Source: Petromyzon marinus
Taxonomy: Eukaryota
Length of the DNA stretch: 64,000 bases
Direction: 5' to 3'
NCBI RefSeq assembly: GCF_048934315.1
Contig: NC_133691.1
Coordinates: 9,183,097-9,247,096, forward strand
This document shows, piece by piece, positions 23,101 through 37,090 of the stretch. The position numbers were made by a program, and so were the translations under genes. The notes below the pieces were generated by a model. The model saw only the letters and a program-made list of their open reading frames with translations. It did no database searches and had not been told where the DNA came from. Each line of letters begins with the position of its first letter. Position 1 is the stretch's first letter.

Positions 23101-26100
23101 GAGGGGTGGAGTGGGGCTGGGTGGGAGGGGTGGAGTGGGGCTGGGTGGGAGGGGTGGAGTGGGGCTGGGTGGGAGGGGTGGAGTGGGGCTGGGTGGGAGG
23201 GGTGGAGTGGGCGGGGAGGGGTGGAGGTGGGCTGGGTGGGAGGGGTGGAGTGGGGCTGGGTGGGAGGGGTGGAGTGGGGCTGGGTGGGAGGGGTGGAGTG
23301 GGGCTGGGTGGGAGGGGTGGAGTGGGGCTGGGTGGGAGGGGTGGAGTGGGGCTGGGTGGGAGGGGTGGAGTGGGGCTGGGTGGGAGGGGTGGAGTGGGGC
23401 TGGGTGGGAGGGGTGGAGTGGGGCTGGGTGGGAGGGGTGGAGTGGGGCTGGGTGGGAGGGGTGGAGTGGGGCTGGGTGGGAGGGGTGGAGTGGGGCTGGG
23501 TGGGAGGGGTGGAGTGGGGCTGGGTGGGAGGGGTGGAGTGGGGCTGGGTGGGAGGGGTGGAGTGGGGCTGGGTGGGAGGGGTGGAGTGGGGCTGGGTGGG
23601 AGGGGTGGAGTGGGGCTGGGTGGGAGGGGTGGAGTGGGGCTGGGTGGGAGGGGTGGAGTGGGGCTGGGTGGGAGGGGTGGAGTGGGGCTGGGTGGGAGGG
23701 GTGGAGTGGGGCTGGGTGGGAGGGGTGGAGTGGGGCTGGGTGGGGTGTGGGTGGGAGGGGTGGAGTGGGGCTGGGTGGGAGGGGTGGAGTGGGGCTGGGT
23801 GGGAGGGGTGGAGTGGGGCTGGGTGGGAGGGGTGGAGTGGGGCTGGGTGGGAGGGGTGGAGTGGGGCTGGGTGGGAGGGTGGAGTGGGCTGGGTGGGAGG
23901 GGTGGAGTGGGGCTGGGTGGGAGGGGTGGAGTGGGGCTGGGTGGGAGGGGTGGAGTGGGGCTGGGTGGGAGGGGTGGAGTGGGGCTGGGTGGGAGGGGTG
24001 GAGTGGGGCTGGGTGGGAGGGGGTGGAGTGGGGCTGGGTGGGAGGGGTGGAGTGGGGCTGGGTGGGAGGGGTGGAGTGGGGCTGGGTGGGAGGGGTGGAG
24101 TGGGGCTGGGTGGGAGGGGTGGAGTGGGGCTGGGTGGGAGGGGTGGAGTGGGGCTGGGTGGGAGGGGTGGAGTGGGGCTGGGTGGGAGGGGTGGAGTGGG
24201 GCTGGGTGGGGAGGGGTGGAGTGGGGCTGGGTGGGAGGGGTGGAGTGGGGCTGGGTGGGAGGGGTGGAGTGGGGCTGGGTGGGAGGGGTGGAGTGGGGCT
24301 GGGTGGGAGGGGTGGAGTGGGGCTGGGTGGGAGGGGTGGAGTGGGGCTGGGTGGGAGGGGTGGAGTGGGGCTGGGTGGGAGGGGTGGAGTGGGGCTGGGT
24401 GGGAGGGGTGGAGTGGGGCTGGGTGGGAGGGGTGGAGTGGGGCTGGGTGGGAGGGGTGGAGTGGGGCTGGGTGGGAGGGGTGGGAGTGGGGCTGGGTGGG
24501 AGGGGTGGAGTGGGGCTGGGTGGGAGGGGTGGAGTGGGGCTGGGTGGGAGGGGTGGAGTGGGGCTGGGTGGGAGGGGTGGAGTGGGGCTGGGTGGGAGGG
24601 GTGGAGTGGGGCTGGGTGGGAGGGGTGGAGTGGGGCTGGGTGGGAGGGGTGGAGTGGGGCTGGGTGGGAGGGGTGGAGTGGGGCTGGGTGGGAGGGGTGG
24701 AGTGGGGCTGGGTGGGAGGGGTGGAGTGGGGCTGGGTGGGAGGGGTGGAGTGGGGCTGGGTGGGAGGGGTGGAGTGGGGCTGGGTGGGAGGGGTGGAGTG
24801 GGGCTGGGTGGGAGGGGTGGAGTGGGGCTGGGTGGGAGGGGTGGAGTGGGGCTGGGTGGGAGGGGTGGAGTGGGGCTGGGTGGGAGGGGTGGAGTGGGGC
24901 TGGGTGGGAGGGGTGGAGTGGGGCTGGGTGGGAGGGGTGGAGTGGGGCTGGGTGGGAGGGGTGGAGTGGGGCTGGGTGGGAGGGGTGGAGTGGGGCTGGG
25001 TGGGAGGGGTGGAGTGGGGCTGGGTGGGAGGGGTGGAGTGGGGCTGGGTGGGAGGGGTGGAGTGGGGCTGGGTGGGAGGGGTGGAGTGGGGCTGGGTGGG
25101 AGGGGTGGAGTGGGGCTGGGTGGGAGGGGTGGAGTGGGGCTGGGTGGGAGGGGTGGAGTGGGGCTGGGTGGGAGGGGTGGAGTGGGGCTGGGTGGGAGGG
25201 GTGGAGTGGGGCTGGGTGGGAGGGGTGGAGTGGGGCTGGGTGGGAGGGGTGGAGTGGGGCTGGGTGGGAGGGGTGGAGTGGGGCTGGGTGGGAGGGGTGG
25301 AGTGGGGCTGGGTGGGAGGGGTGGGAGTGGGGCTGGGTGGGAGGGGTGGAGTGGGGCTGGGTGGGAGGGGTGGAGTGGGGCTGGGTGGGAGGGGTGGAGT
25401 GGGGCTGGGTGGGAGGGGTGGAGTGGGGCTGGGTGGGAGGGGTGGAGTGGGGCTGGGTGGGAGGGGTGGAGTGGGGCTGGGTGGGAGGGGTGGAGTGGGG
25501 CTGGGTGGGAGGGGTGGAGTGGGGCTGGGTGGGAGGGGTGGAGTGGGGCTGGGTGGGAGGGGTGGAGTGGGGCTGGGTGGGAGGGGTGGAGTGGGGCTGG
25601 GTGGGAGGGGTGGAGTGGGGCTGGGTGGGAGGGGTGGAGTGGGGCTGGGTGGGAGGGGTGGAGTGGGGCTGGGTGGGAGGGGTGGAGTGGGGCTGGGTGG
25701 GGAGGGGTGGAGTGGGGCTGGGTGGGAGGGGTGGAGTGGGGCTGGGTGGGAGGGGTGGAGTGGGGCTGGGTGGGAGGGGTGGAGTGGGGCTGGGTGGGAG
25801 GGGTGGAGTGGGGCTGGGTGGGAGGGGTGGAGTGGGGCTGGGTGGGAGGGGTGGAGTGGGGCTGGGTGGGAGGGGTGGAGTGGGGCTGGGTGGGAGGGGT
25901 GGAGTGGGGCTGGGTGGGAGGGGTGGAGTGGGGCTGGGTGGGAGGGTGGAGTGGGGCTGGGTGGGAGGGGGTGGAGTGGGGCTGGGTGGAGGGGTGGAGT
26001 GGGGCTGGGTGGGAGGGGTGGAGTGGGGCTGGGTGGGAGGGGTGGAGTGGGGCTGGGTGGGAGGGGTGGAGTGGGGCTGGGTGGGAGGGGTGGAGTGGGG

Positions 26101-29100
26101 CTGGGTGGGAGGGGTGGAGTGGGGCTGGGTGGGAGGGGTGGAGTGGGGCTGGGTGGGAGGGGTGGAGTGGGGCTGGGTGGGAGGGGTGGAGTGGGGCTGG
26201 GTGGGAGGGGTGGAGTGGGGCTGGGTGGGAGGGGTGGAGTGGGGCTGGGTGGGAGGGGTGGAGTGGGGCTGGGTGGGAGGGGTGGAGTGGGGCTGGGTGG
26301 GAGGGGTGGAGTGGGGCTGGGTGGGAGGGGTGGAGTGGGGCTGGGTGGGAGGGGTGGAGTGGGGCTGGGTGGGAGGGGTGGAGTGGGGCTGGGTGGGAGG
26401 GGTGGAGTGGGGCTGGGTGGGAGGGGTGGAGTGGGGCTGGGTGGGAGGGGTGGAGTGGGGCTGGGTGGGAGGGGTGGAGTGGGGCTGGGTGGGAGGGGTG
26501 GAGTGGGGCTGGGTGGGAGGGGTGGAGTGGGGCTGGGTGGGAGGGGTGGAGTGGGGCTGGGTGGGAGGGGTGGAGTGGGGCTGGGTGGGAGGGGTGGAGT
26601 GGGGCTGGGTGGGAGGGGTGGAGTGGGGCTGGGTGGGAGGGGTGGAGTGGGGCTGGGTGGGAGGGGTGGAGTGGGGCTGGGTGGGAGGGGTGGAGTGGGG
26701 CTGGGTGGGAGGGGTGGAGTGGGGCTGGGTGGGAGGGGTGGAGTGGGCTGGGTGGGAGGGGTGGAGTGGGGCTGGGTGGGAGGGGTGGAGTGGGGCTGGG
26801 TGGGAGGGGTGGAGTGGGGCTGGGTGGGAGGGGTGGAGTGGGGCTGGGTGGGAGGGGTGGAGTGGGGCTGGGTGGGAGGGGTGGAGTGGGGCTGGGTGGG
26901 AGGGGTGGAGTGGGGCTGGGTGGGAGGGGTGGAGTGGGGCTGGGTGGGAGGGGTGGAGTGGGGCTGGGTGGGAGGGGTGGAGTGGGGCTGGGTGGGAGGG
27001 GTGGAGTGGGGCTGGGTGGGAGGGGTGGAGTGGGGCTGGGTGGGAGGGGTGGAGTGGGGCTGGGTGGGAGGGGTGGAGTGGGGCTGGGTGGGAGGGGTGG
27101 AGTGGGGCTGGGTGGGAGGGGTGGAGTGGGGCTGGGTGGGAGGGGTGGAGTGGGGCTGGGTGGGAGGGGTGGAGTGGGGCTGGGTGGGAGGGGTGGAGTG
27201 GGGCTGGGTGGGAGGGGTGGAGTGGGGCTGGGTGGGAGGGGTGGAGTGGGGCTGGGTGGGAGGGGTGGAGTGGGGCTGGGTGGGAGGGTGGAGTGGGGCT
27301 GGGTGGGAGGGGTGGAGTGGGGCTGGGTGGGAGGGGTGGAGTGGGGCTGGGTGGGAGGGGTGGAGTGGGGCTGGGTGGGAGGGGTGGAGTGGGGCTGGGT
27401 GGGAGGGGTGGAGTGGGGCTGGGTGGGAGGGGTGGAGTGGGGCTGGGTGGGAGGGGTGGAGTGGGGCTGGGTGGGAGGGGTGGAGTGGGGCTGGGTGGGA
27501 GGGGTGGAGTGGGGCTGGGTGGGAGGGGTGGAGTGGGCTGGTGAGGGGTGGGCTGGGTGGGAGGGGGTGGAGTGGGGCTGGGTGGGAGGGGTGGAGTGGG
27601 GCTGGGTGGGAGGGGTGGAGTGGGGCTGGGTGGGAGGGGTGGAGTGGGGCTGGGTGGGAGGGGTGGAGTGGGGCTGGGTGGAGGGGTGGAGTGGGGCTGG
27701 GTGGGAGGGGTGGAGTGGGGCTGGGTGGGAGGGGTGGAGTGGGGCTGGGTGGGAGGGGTGGAGTGGGGCTGGGTGGGAGGGGTGGAGTGGGGCTGGGTGG
27801 GAGGGGTGGAGTGGGGCTGGGTGGGAGGGGTGGAGTGGGGCTGGGTGGGAGGGGTGGAGTGGGGCTGGGTGGGAGGGGTGGAGTGGGGCTGGGTGGGAGG
27901 GGTGGAGTGGGGCTGGGTGGGAGGGGTGGAGTGGGGCTGGGTGGGAGGGGTGGAGTGGGGCTGGGTGGGAGGGGTGGAGTGGGGCTGGGTGGGAGGGGTG
28001 GAGTGGGGCTGGGTGGGAGGGGTGGAGTGGGGCTGGGTGGGAGGGGTGGAGTGGGGCTGGGTGGGAGGGGTGGAGTGGGGCTGGGTGGGAGGGGTGGAGT
28101 GGGGCTGGGTGGGAGGGGTGGAGTGGGGCTGGGTGGGGAGGGGTGGAGTGGGGCTGGGTGGGAGGGTGGAGTGGGGCTGGGTGGGAGGGGTGGAGTGGGG
28201 CTGGGTGGGAGGGGTGGAGTGGGGCTGGGTGGGAGGGGTGGAGTGGGGCTGGGTGGGAGGGGTGGAGTGGGGCTGGGTGGGAGGGGTGGAGTGGGGCTGG
28301 GTGGGAGGGGTGGAGTGGGCTGGGTGGGAGGGGTGGAGTGGGGCTGGGTGGGAGGGGTGGAGTGGGGCTGGGTGGGAGGGGTGGAGTGGGGCTGGGTGGG
28401 AGGGGTGGAGTGGGGCTGGGTGGGAGGGGTGGAGTGGGGCTGGGTGGGAGGGGTGGAGTGGGGCTGGGTGGGAGGGGTGGAGTGGGGCTGGGTGGGAGGG
28501 GTGGAGTGGGGCTGGGTGGGAGGGGTGGAGTGGGGCTGGGTGGGAGGGGTGGAGTGGGGCTGGGTGGGAGGGGTGGAGTGGGGCTGGGTGGGAGGGGTGG
28601 AGTGGGGCTGGGTGGGAGGGGTGGAGTGGGGCTGGGTGGGAGGGGTGGAGTGGGGCTGGGTGGGAGGGGTGGAGTGGGGCTGGGTGGGAGGGGTGGAGTG
28701 GGGCTGGGTGGGAGGGGGTGGAGTGGGGCTGGGTGGGAGGGGTGGAGTGGGCTGGGTGGGAGGGGTGGAGTGGGGCTGGGTGGGAGGGGTGGAGTGGGGC
28801 TGGGTGGGAGGGGTGGAGTGGGGCTGGGTGGGAGGGGTGGAGTGGGGCTGGGTGGGAGGGGTGGAGTGGGGCTGGGTGGGAGGGGTGGAGTGGGGCTGGG
28901 TGGGAGGGGTGGAGTGGGGCTGGGTGGGAGGGGTGGAGTGGGGCTGGTGGGAGGGGTGGAGTGGGGCTGGGTGGGAGGGGTGGAGTGGGGCTGGGTGGGA
29001 GGGGTGGAGTGGGGCTGGGTGGGAGGGGTGGAGTGGGGCTGGGTGGGAGGGGTGGAGTGGGGCTGGGTGGGAGGGGTGGAGTGGGGCTGGGTGGGAGGGG

Positions 29101-32100
29101 TGGAGTGGGGCTGGGTGGGAGGGGTGGAGTGGGGCTGGGTGGGAGGGGTGGAGTGGGGCTGGGTGGGAGGGGTGGAGTGGGGCTGGGTGGGAGGGGTGGA
29201 GTGGGGCTGGGTGGGAGGGGGTGGAGTGGGGCTGGGTGGGAGGGGTGGAGTGGGGCTGGGTGGGAGGGGTGGAGTGGGGCTGGGTGGGAGGGGTGGAGTG
29301 GGGCTGGGTGGGAGGGGTGGAGTGGGGCTGGGTGGGAGGGGTGGAGTGGGGCTGGGTGGGAGGGGTGGAGTGGGGCTGGGTGGGAGGGGTGGAGTGGGGC
29401 TGGGGTGGGAGGGGTGGAGTGGGGCTGGGTGGGAGGGGTGGAGTGGGGCTGGGTGGGAGGGGTGGAGTGGGGCTGGGTGGGAGGGGTGGAGTGGGGCTGG
29501 GTGGGAGGGGTGGAGTGGGGCTGGGTGGGAGGGGTGGAGTGGGGCTGGGTGGGAGGGGTGGAGTGGGGCTGGGTGGGAGGGGTGGAGTGGGGCTGGGTGG
29601 GAGGGGTGGAGTGGGGCTGGGTGGGGAGGGGTGGAGTGGGGCTGGGTGGGAGGGGTGGAGTGGGGCTGGGTGGGAGGGGTGGAGTGGGGCTGGGTGGGAG
29701 GGGTGGAGTGGGGCTGGGTGGGAGGGGTGGAGTGGGGCTGGGTGGGAGGGGTGGAGTGGGGCTGGGTGGGAGGGGTGGAGTGGGGCTGGGTGGGAGGGGT
29801 GGAGTGGGGCTGGGTGGGAGGGGTGGAGTGGGGCTGGGTGGGAGGGTGGAGTGGGGCTGGGTGGGAGGGGTGGAGTGGGGCTGGGTGGGAGGGGTGGAGT
29901 GGGGCTGGGTGGGAGGGGTGGAGTGGGGCTGGGTGGGAGGGGTGGAGTGGGGCTGGGTGGAGGGTGGAGTGGGGCTGGGGGGGTGGAGTGGGGCTGGGTG
30001 GGAGGGGTGGAGTGGGGCTGGGTGGAGGGGTGGAGTGGGGCTGGGTGGGAGGGGTGGAGTGGGGCTGGGTGGGAGGGGTGGAGTGGGGCTGGGTGGGAGG
30101 GGTGGAGTGGGGCTGGGTGGGAGGGGTGGAGTGGGGCTGGGTGGGAGGGGTGGAGTGGTGGCTGGGTGGGAGGGGTGGAGTGGGGCTGGGTGGGAGGGGT
30201 GGAGTGGGGCTGGGTGGGAGGGGTGGAGTGGGGCTGGGTGGGAGGGGTGGAGTGGGGCTGGGTGGGAGGGGTGGAGTGGGGCTGGGTGGGAGGGGTGGAG
30301 TGGGGCTGGGTGGGAGGGGTGGAGTGGGGCTGGGTGGGAGGGGTGGAGTGGGGCTGGGTGGGAGGGGTGGAGTGGGGCTGGGTGGGAGGGGTGGAGTGGG
30401 GCTGGGTGGGAGGGGTGGAGTGGGGCTGGGTGGGAGGGGTGGAGTGGGGCTGGGTGGGAGGGGTGAGTGGGGCTGGGTGGGAGGGGTGGAGTGGGGCTGG
30501 GTGGGAGGGTGGAGTGGGGCTGGGTGGGAGGGGTGGAGTGGGGCTGGGTGGGAGGGTGGAGTGGGGCTGGGTGGGAGGGGTGGAGTGGGGCTGGGTGGGA
30601 GGGGGTGGAGTGGGGCTGGGTGGGAGGGGTGGAGTGGGGCTGGGTGGGAGGGGTGGAGTGGGGCTGGGTGGGAGGGGTGGAGTGGGGCTGGGTGGGAGGG
30701 GTGGAGTGGGGCTGGGTGGGAGGGGTGGAGTGGGGCTGGGTGGGAGGGGTGGAGTGGGGCTGGGTGGGAGGGGTGGAGTGGGGCTGGGTGGGAGGGGTGG
30801 AGTGGGGCTGGGTGGGAGGGGTGGAGTGGGGCTGGGTGGGAGGGGTGGAGTGGGGCTGGGTGGGAGGGGTGGAGTGGGGCTGGGTGGGAGGGGTGGAGTG
30901 GGGCTGGGTGGGAGGGGTGGAGTGGGGCTGGGTGGGAGGGGTGGAGTGGGGCTGGGTGGGAGGGGTGGAGTGGGGCTGGGTGGGAGGGGTGGAGTGGGGC
31001 TGGGTGGGAGGGGTGGAGTGGGGCTGGGTGGGAGGGGTGGAGTGGGGCTGGGTGGGAGGGGTGGAGTGGGGCTGGGTGGGAGGGGTGGAGTGGGGCTGGG
31101 TGGGAGGGGTGGAGTGGGGCTGGGTGGAGGGGTGGAGTGGGGCTGGGTGGGAGGGGGTGGAGTGGGGCTGGGTGGGAGGGGTGGAGTGGGGCTGGGTGGG
31201 AGGGGTGGAGTGGTGGCTGGGTGGGAGGGGGTGGAGTGGGGCTGGGTGGGAGGGGTGGTAGTGGGGCTGGGGCTGGGTGGGAGGGGTGGAGTGGGCTGGG
31301 TGGGAGGGGTGGAGTGGGCTGGGTGGGAGGGGTGGAGTGGGCTGGGTGGAGGTGGAGGGCTGGGTGGGAGGGGTGGAGTGGGGCTGGGTGGGAGGGGTGG
31401 AGTGGGGCTGGGTGGGAGTGGGTGGAGTGGGGCTGTGAGGGGTGGAGTGGGGCTGGGTGGGAGGGGTGGAGTGGGGCTGGGTGGGAGGGGTGGAGTGGGG
31501 CTGGGTGTGAGTGGGTGGAGTGGGGCTGGGTGGGAGGGGTGGAGTGGGGCTGGGTGGGAGGGGTGGGATGGGTGGGGAGGGTGGAGTGGGCTGGGTGGGA
31601 GGGTGGAGTGGGGCTGGGTGGGAGGGGTGGAGTGGGGCTGGGTGGGAGGGGTGGAGTGGGGCTGGGTGGGAGGGGTGAGGGCTGGGTGGGAGGGGTGGAG
31701 TGGGGCTGGGTGGGAGGGTGGAGTGGGGCTGGGTGGGGAGGGGTGGAGTGGGGCTGGGTGGGAGGGTGGAGTGGGGCTGCGGGGAGGGGTGGAGTGGGGC
31801 TGGGTGAGGGGTGGAGTGGGGCTGGGTGGGAGGGGTGGAGTGGGGCTGGGTGGGAGGGGTGGAGTGGGGCTGGGTGGGAGGGGTGGAGTGGGGCTGGGTG
31901 AGGGGTGGAGGCTGGGTGGGAGGGGTGGAGTGGGGCTGGGTGGGAGGGGTGGAGTGGGGCTGGGTGGGAGGGGTGGAGTGGGGCTGGGTGGGAGGGGTGG
32001 AGGTCATTGGGTGGAGGGGTGGAGTGGGGCTGGTGGGAGGGGTGGAGGGCTGGGTGGGAGGGGTGGAGTGGGGCTGGGTGGAGGGGTGGAGTGGGGCTGG

Positions 32101-35100
32101 GTGGGAGGGGTGGAGTGGGGCTGGTGGGAGGGTGGAGTGGGGCTGGGTGGGAGGGGTGGAGTGGGGCTGGGTGGGAGGTGGAGTGGGGCTGGGTGGGAGG
32201 GGTGGAGTGGGGCTGGGTGAGGGGTGGAGTGGGGCTGGGTGGGAGGTGGAGGGCTGCGGGAGGGGTGGAGTGGGGCTGGGTGGGAGGGGTGGAGTGGGGC
32301 TGGGTGGGAGGGGTGGAGTGGGGCTGGGTGGGAGGGGTGGAGTGGGGCTGGGTGGGAGGGGTGGAGTGGGGCTGGGTGGGAGGGGTGGAGTGGGGCTGGG
32401 TGGGAGGGGTGGAGTGGGGCTGGGTGGGAGGGGAGGGGTGGAGTGGGGCTGGGGGAGGGTGGAGTGGGGCTGGGTGGGAGGGGTGGAGTGGGGCTGGGTG
32501 GGAGGGGTGGAGTGGGGCTGGGTGGGAGGGGTGGGAGGGGCTGGGTGGGAGGGGTGGAGTGGGGCTGTGGAGTGGGTGGAGTGGGGCTGGGTGAGGTGGA
32601 GTGGGGCTGGGTGGGAGGGGTGGAGTGGGGCTGGGTGGGAGGGGTGGAGTGGGGCTGGGTGGGAGGGGGTGGAGTGGGGCTGGGTGGGAGGGGTGGAGTG
32701 GGGCTGGGTGGGAGGGGTGGAGTGGGGCTGGGTGGGAGGGGTGGAGTGGGGCTGGGTGGGAGGGTGGAGTGGGGCTGGGTGGGAGGGGTGGAGTGGGGCT
32801 GGGTGGGAGGGGTGGAGTGGGGCTGGGTGGGAGGGGTGGAGTGGGGCTGGGTGGGGAGGGGTGGAGTGGGGCTGGGTGGAGGGGTGGAGTGGGGCTGGGT
32901 GGGAGGGGTGGAGTGGGGCTGGGTGGGAGGGGTGGAGTGGGGCTGGGTGGGAGGGGTGGAGGCTGGGTGGGAGGGGTGGAGGGGCTGTGGAGGTGGAGTG
33001 GGGCTGGGTGGGAGGGGTGGAGTGGGGCTGGGTGGAGGGGTGGAGTGGGGCTGCGGGAGGGGTGGAGTGGGGCTGGGTGGAGGGGTGGAGTGGGGCTGGG
33101 TGGGAGGGGTGGAGTGGGGCTGGGTGGGAGGGGTGGAGTGGGGCTGGGTGGGAGGTGGAGTGGGGCTGGGTGGGAGGGGTGGAGTGGGGCTGGGTGGGAG
33201 GGTGGAGTGGGGCTGGGTGGGAGGGGTGGGAGGGGCTGGGTGGGAGGGGTGGAGTGGGGCTGGTGAGGGGTGGAGTGGGGCTGGGTGGGAGGGGTGGGAG
33301 TGGGGCTGGGGAGGGGTGTGAGTGGGGCTGGGTGGGAGGGGTGGAGTGGGCTGGGTGGGAGGGGTGAGTGGGGCTGGGTGGGAGGGGTGGAGTGGGCTGG
33401 GTGGGAGGGGTGGAGTGGGGCTGGGTGGGAGGGGTGAGTGGGGCTGGGTGGGAGGGGTGAGGGGCTGGGTGGGAGGGGTGGAGTGGGGCTGGGTGGGAGG
33501 GGTGGAGTGGGGCTGGGTGGGAGGGGTGGAGTGGGCTGGGTGGGAGGGGTGGAGTGGGGCTGGGTGGGAGGGTGGAGTGGGGCTGGGTGGGAGGGGTGAG
33601 TGGGGCTGGGTGGGAGGGGTGAGGAAGGTGGGAGGGGTGGAGTGGGGGCTGGGTGGGAGGGGTGGAGTGGGGCTGGGTGGGAGGGGTGGAGTGGGGCTGG
33701 GTGGGAGGGGTGGGGCTGGGTGGGAGGGGTGAGTGGGGCTGGTGGGAGGGGTGGAGTGGGGCTGGGTGGGAGGGTGGAGTGGGGCTGGGTGGGAGTGGGT
33801 GGAGTGGGCTGGGTGGGAGGGGTGAGGCTGGGTGAGGGGTGGAGTGGGCTGGGTGGGAGGGTGGAGTGGGGCTGGGTGGGAGGGGTGGAGTGGGGCTGGG
33901 TGGGAGGGGTGGAGTGGGGCTGGGTGGGAGGGGTGGAGTGGGGCTGGGTGGGAGGGGTGGAGTGGGCTGTGAGGGGTGAGGGCTGGGTGGGAGGGGTGGA
34001 GTGGGGGCTGGGTGGGAGGGGTGGAGTGGGGCTGGGTGGGAGGGTGGAGTGGGCTGGTGGGAGGGTGGAGTGGGGCTGGGTGGGAGGGGTGAGGCTGGGT
34101 GGGAGGGGTGAGGGCTGGGTGGGAGGGGTGGAGTGGGCCGGGTGGGAGGGGTGGAGTGGGGCTGGGTGGGAGGGGTGGAGTGGGGCTGGGTGGGAGGGTG
34201 GAGGGGCTGGGTGAGGGGTGGAGTGGGGCTGGGTGGGGAGGGGGAGTGGGGCTGGGTGGAGGGGTGGAGTGGGGCTGGGTGGAGGGGTGGAGTGGGGCTG
34301 GGGAGGGGTGGAGTGGGGCTGGGTGGAGGGGTGGAGTGGGGCTGGGTGGGAGGGTGGAGTGGGGCTGGGTGGGAGGGGTGGGAGTGGGGCTGGGTGGGAG
34401 GGGTGGAGTGGGGCTGGGTGGGAGGGGTGGAGTGGGGGTTGGGTGGGAGGGGTGGAGTGGGCTGGGTGGGAGGGGTGAGGGGCTGGGTGGGAGGGGTGGA
34501 GTGGGGGCTGGGTGGAGGGGTGGAGTGGGCTGGTGGGAGGGGGTGGAGTGGGGCTGGGTGGGAGGGGTGGAGTGGGGCTGGGTGGGAGGGGTGGAGTGGG
34601 GCTGGGTGGGAGGGGTGGAGTGGGGCTGGGTGAGGGGTGGAGTGGGGGCTGGGTGGGAGGGGTGGAGTGGGGCTGGGTGAGGGTGGAGTGGGGCTGGGTG
34701 AGGGTGGAGTGGGGCTGGGTGGGAGGGTGGGGCTGGGTGGGAGGGGTGGAGTGGGGCTGTGTGGGAGGTGGGAGTGGGGCTGGGTGGGGAGGGGTGGAGT
34801 GGGGCTGGGTGGGAGGGGTGGAGTGGGGCTGGGTGGGAGGGGTGGAGTGGGGCTGGGTGGGAGGGGTGAGTGGGGCTGGGTGGGAGGGGTGGAGTGGGGC
34901 TGGGTGGGAGGGGTGGAGTGGGGCTGGGTGGGAGGGGTGGAGTGGGCTGGGTGGGAGGGGTGGAGTGGGGCTGGGTGGGGAGGGTGGAGTGGGGCTGGGT
35001 GAGGGGTGGAGTGGGCTGGGTGGAGTGGGTGGAGTGGGGCTGGGTGAGGGGTGGAGTGGGGCTGGGTGGAGGTGGAGTGGGGCTGGGTGGGAGGGTGGAG

Positions 35101-37090
35101 TGGGGCTGTGGAGGGGTGGAGTGGGGCGGAGTGGGTGGAGTGGGGCTGGGTGGAGGGGTGGAGTGGGGCTGGGGTGGGAGGGGTGGGAGGGGCTGGTGGG
35201 AGGGGTGGAGTGGGGCTGGGTGGGAGGTGGAGTGGGGCTGGGTGGGAGGGGTGGAGGGGGCTGGGTGGGAGGGGTGGGAGTGGGGCTGGGTGGGAGGGGT
35301 GGAGTGGGGCTGGGTGGGAGGGTGGAGTGGGGCTGGGTGGGAGGGGTGGAGTGGGGCTGGGTGGGGAGGGTGGAGTGGGGCTGGGTGGGAGGGGTGGAGT
35401 GGGGCTGGGTGGGAGGGGTGGAGTGGGGCTGGGTGGGAGGGGTGGAGTGGGGCTGGGTGGGAGGGGTGGAGTGGGGCTGGTGGGAGGGGTGGAGTGGGGC
35501 TGGGTGGGAGGGGTGGAGTGGGGCTGGGTGGGAGGGGTGAGGGCTGGGGGAGGGTGGAGTGGGGCTGGGTGGGAGGGGTGGAGTGGGGCTGGGTGGGAGG
35601 GGTGGAGTGGGGCTGGGTGGGAGGGGTGGAGTGGGGCTGTGGGAGGGGTGGAGGGGGCTGGGGAGGGGTGGAGTGGGGCTGGGTGGGAGGGGTGGTGGGG
35701 GCTGGGTGGGAGGGGTGGAGTGGGGCTGGGTGGGAGGGGTGGAGTGGGGCTGGGTGGGAGGGGTGGAGTGGGCTGGGTGGGAGGGGTGGAGTGGGGCTGG
35801 GTGGAGGGGTGGAGTGGGGCTGGGTGGGAGGGGTGGAGTGGGGCTGGGTGGAGGGGTGGAGTGGGGCTGGGTGGGAGGGTGGAGTGGGGCTGGGTGGGAG
35901 GGGTGGAGTGGGGCTGGGTGGGAGGGGTGGAGTGGGCTGGTGAGGGGTGGAGTGGGGCTGGGTGGGGAGGGGTGGAGTGGGGCTGGGTGGGAGGGTGGAG
36001 TGGGGCTGGGTGTGGAGGGGTGGAGTGGGGCTGGGTGGGAGGGGTGGAGTGGGGCTGGGTGGGAGGGGTGGAGTGGGGCTGGGTGGGGAGGGGTGGAGTG
36101 GGGCTGGGTGGGAGGGGTGGAGTGGGGCTGGGTGGGAGGGGTGGAGTGGGGCTGGGTGGGAGGGTGGAGTGGGGCTGGGTGAGGGGTGGAGTGGGGCTGG
36201 GTGAGGTGGAGTGGGGCTGCGGGGAGGGGTGGAGGGCTGCGGAGGGGGTGGGAGTGGGGCTGGGTGGGGAGGGGTGGAGGGGCTGGGTGGGAGGGGTGGA
36301 GTGGGGCTGGGTGGGAGGGGTGGAGTGGGGCTGGGTGAGGGGTGGAGTGGGGCTGGGTGGGAGGGGTGGAGTGGGGCTGGGTGGGAGGGGTGGAGTGGGG
36401 CTGGGTGGAGGGGTGGAGTGGGGCTGGGTGGGAGGGGTGGAGTGGGGCTGGGTGGGAGGGGTGGAGTGGGCTGGGTGGGAGGGGTGGAGTGGGGCTGCGG
36501 GAGGGGTGGAGTGGGGCTGGGTGGGAGGGGTGGAGTGGGGTTGGGTGGGAGGGGTGGAGTGGGGCTGGGTGGGAGGGGTGGAGGGGGCTGGGTGGGAGGG
36601 GTGGGAGTGGGGCTGGGTGGGAGGGGGTGGAGTGGGGCTGGGTGGGAGGGGTGAGTGGGGCTGGGTGGGAGGGGTGAGGCTGGGTGGGGAGGGGTGGAGT
36701 GGGGCTGGGTGGAGGTGGAGTGGGCTGTGGGGAGGGGTGGAGTGGGGCTGGGTGGGAGGGGTGGAGTGGGGCTGGGTGGGAGGGGTGGAGTGGGGCTGGG
36801 TGGGAGGGGGAGGGGCTGGGTGGGAGGGGTGGAGTGGGGCTGGGTGGGAGGGTGGAGTGGGCTGGGTGAGGGGTGGAGTGGGGCTGGGTGGGAGGGTGGA
36901 GTGGGGCTGGGTGAGGTGGAGTGGGCTGCGGGGAGGGGTGGAGTGGGGCTGTGGGAGGGGTGGAGTGGGGGCTGGGTGGGAGGGGTGGAGTGGGGCTGGG
37001 TGGGAGGGGTGGAGTGGGGCTGGGTGGGAGGGGTGGAGTGGGGCTGGGTGGGAGGGGTGGAGTGGGGCTGGGTGAGGGTGGAGTGGGGCT
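17166..37090 (+). repeat. G-rich 24-bp minisatellite, sub-domain A (unit GGGAGGGGTGGAGTGGGGCTGGGT; ~830 very homogeneous copies)
   Basis: Exact 24-bp periodicity read directly: 60-bp lines contain 2.5 units with no phase drift, apart from sporadic 1-bp indels. All G-runs lie on the plus strand. Confidence 0.97.
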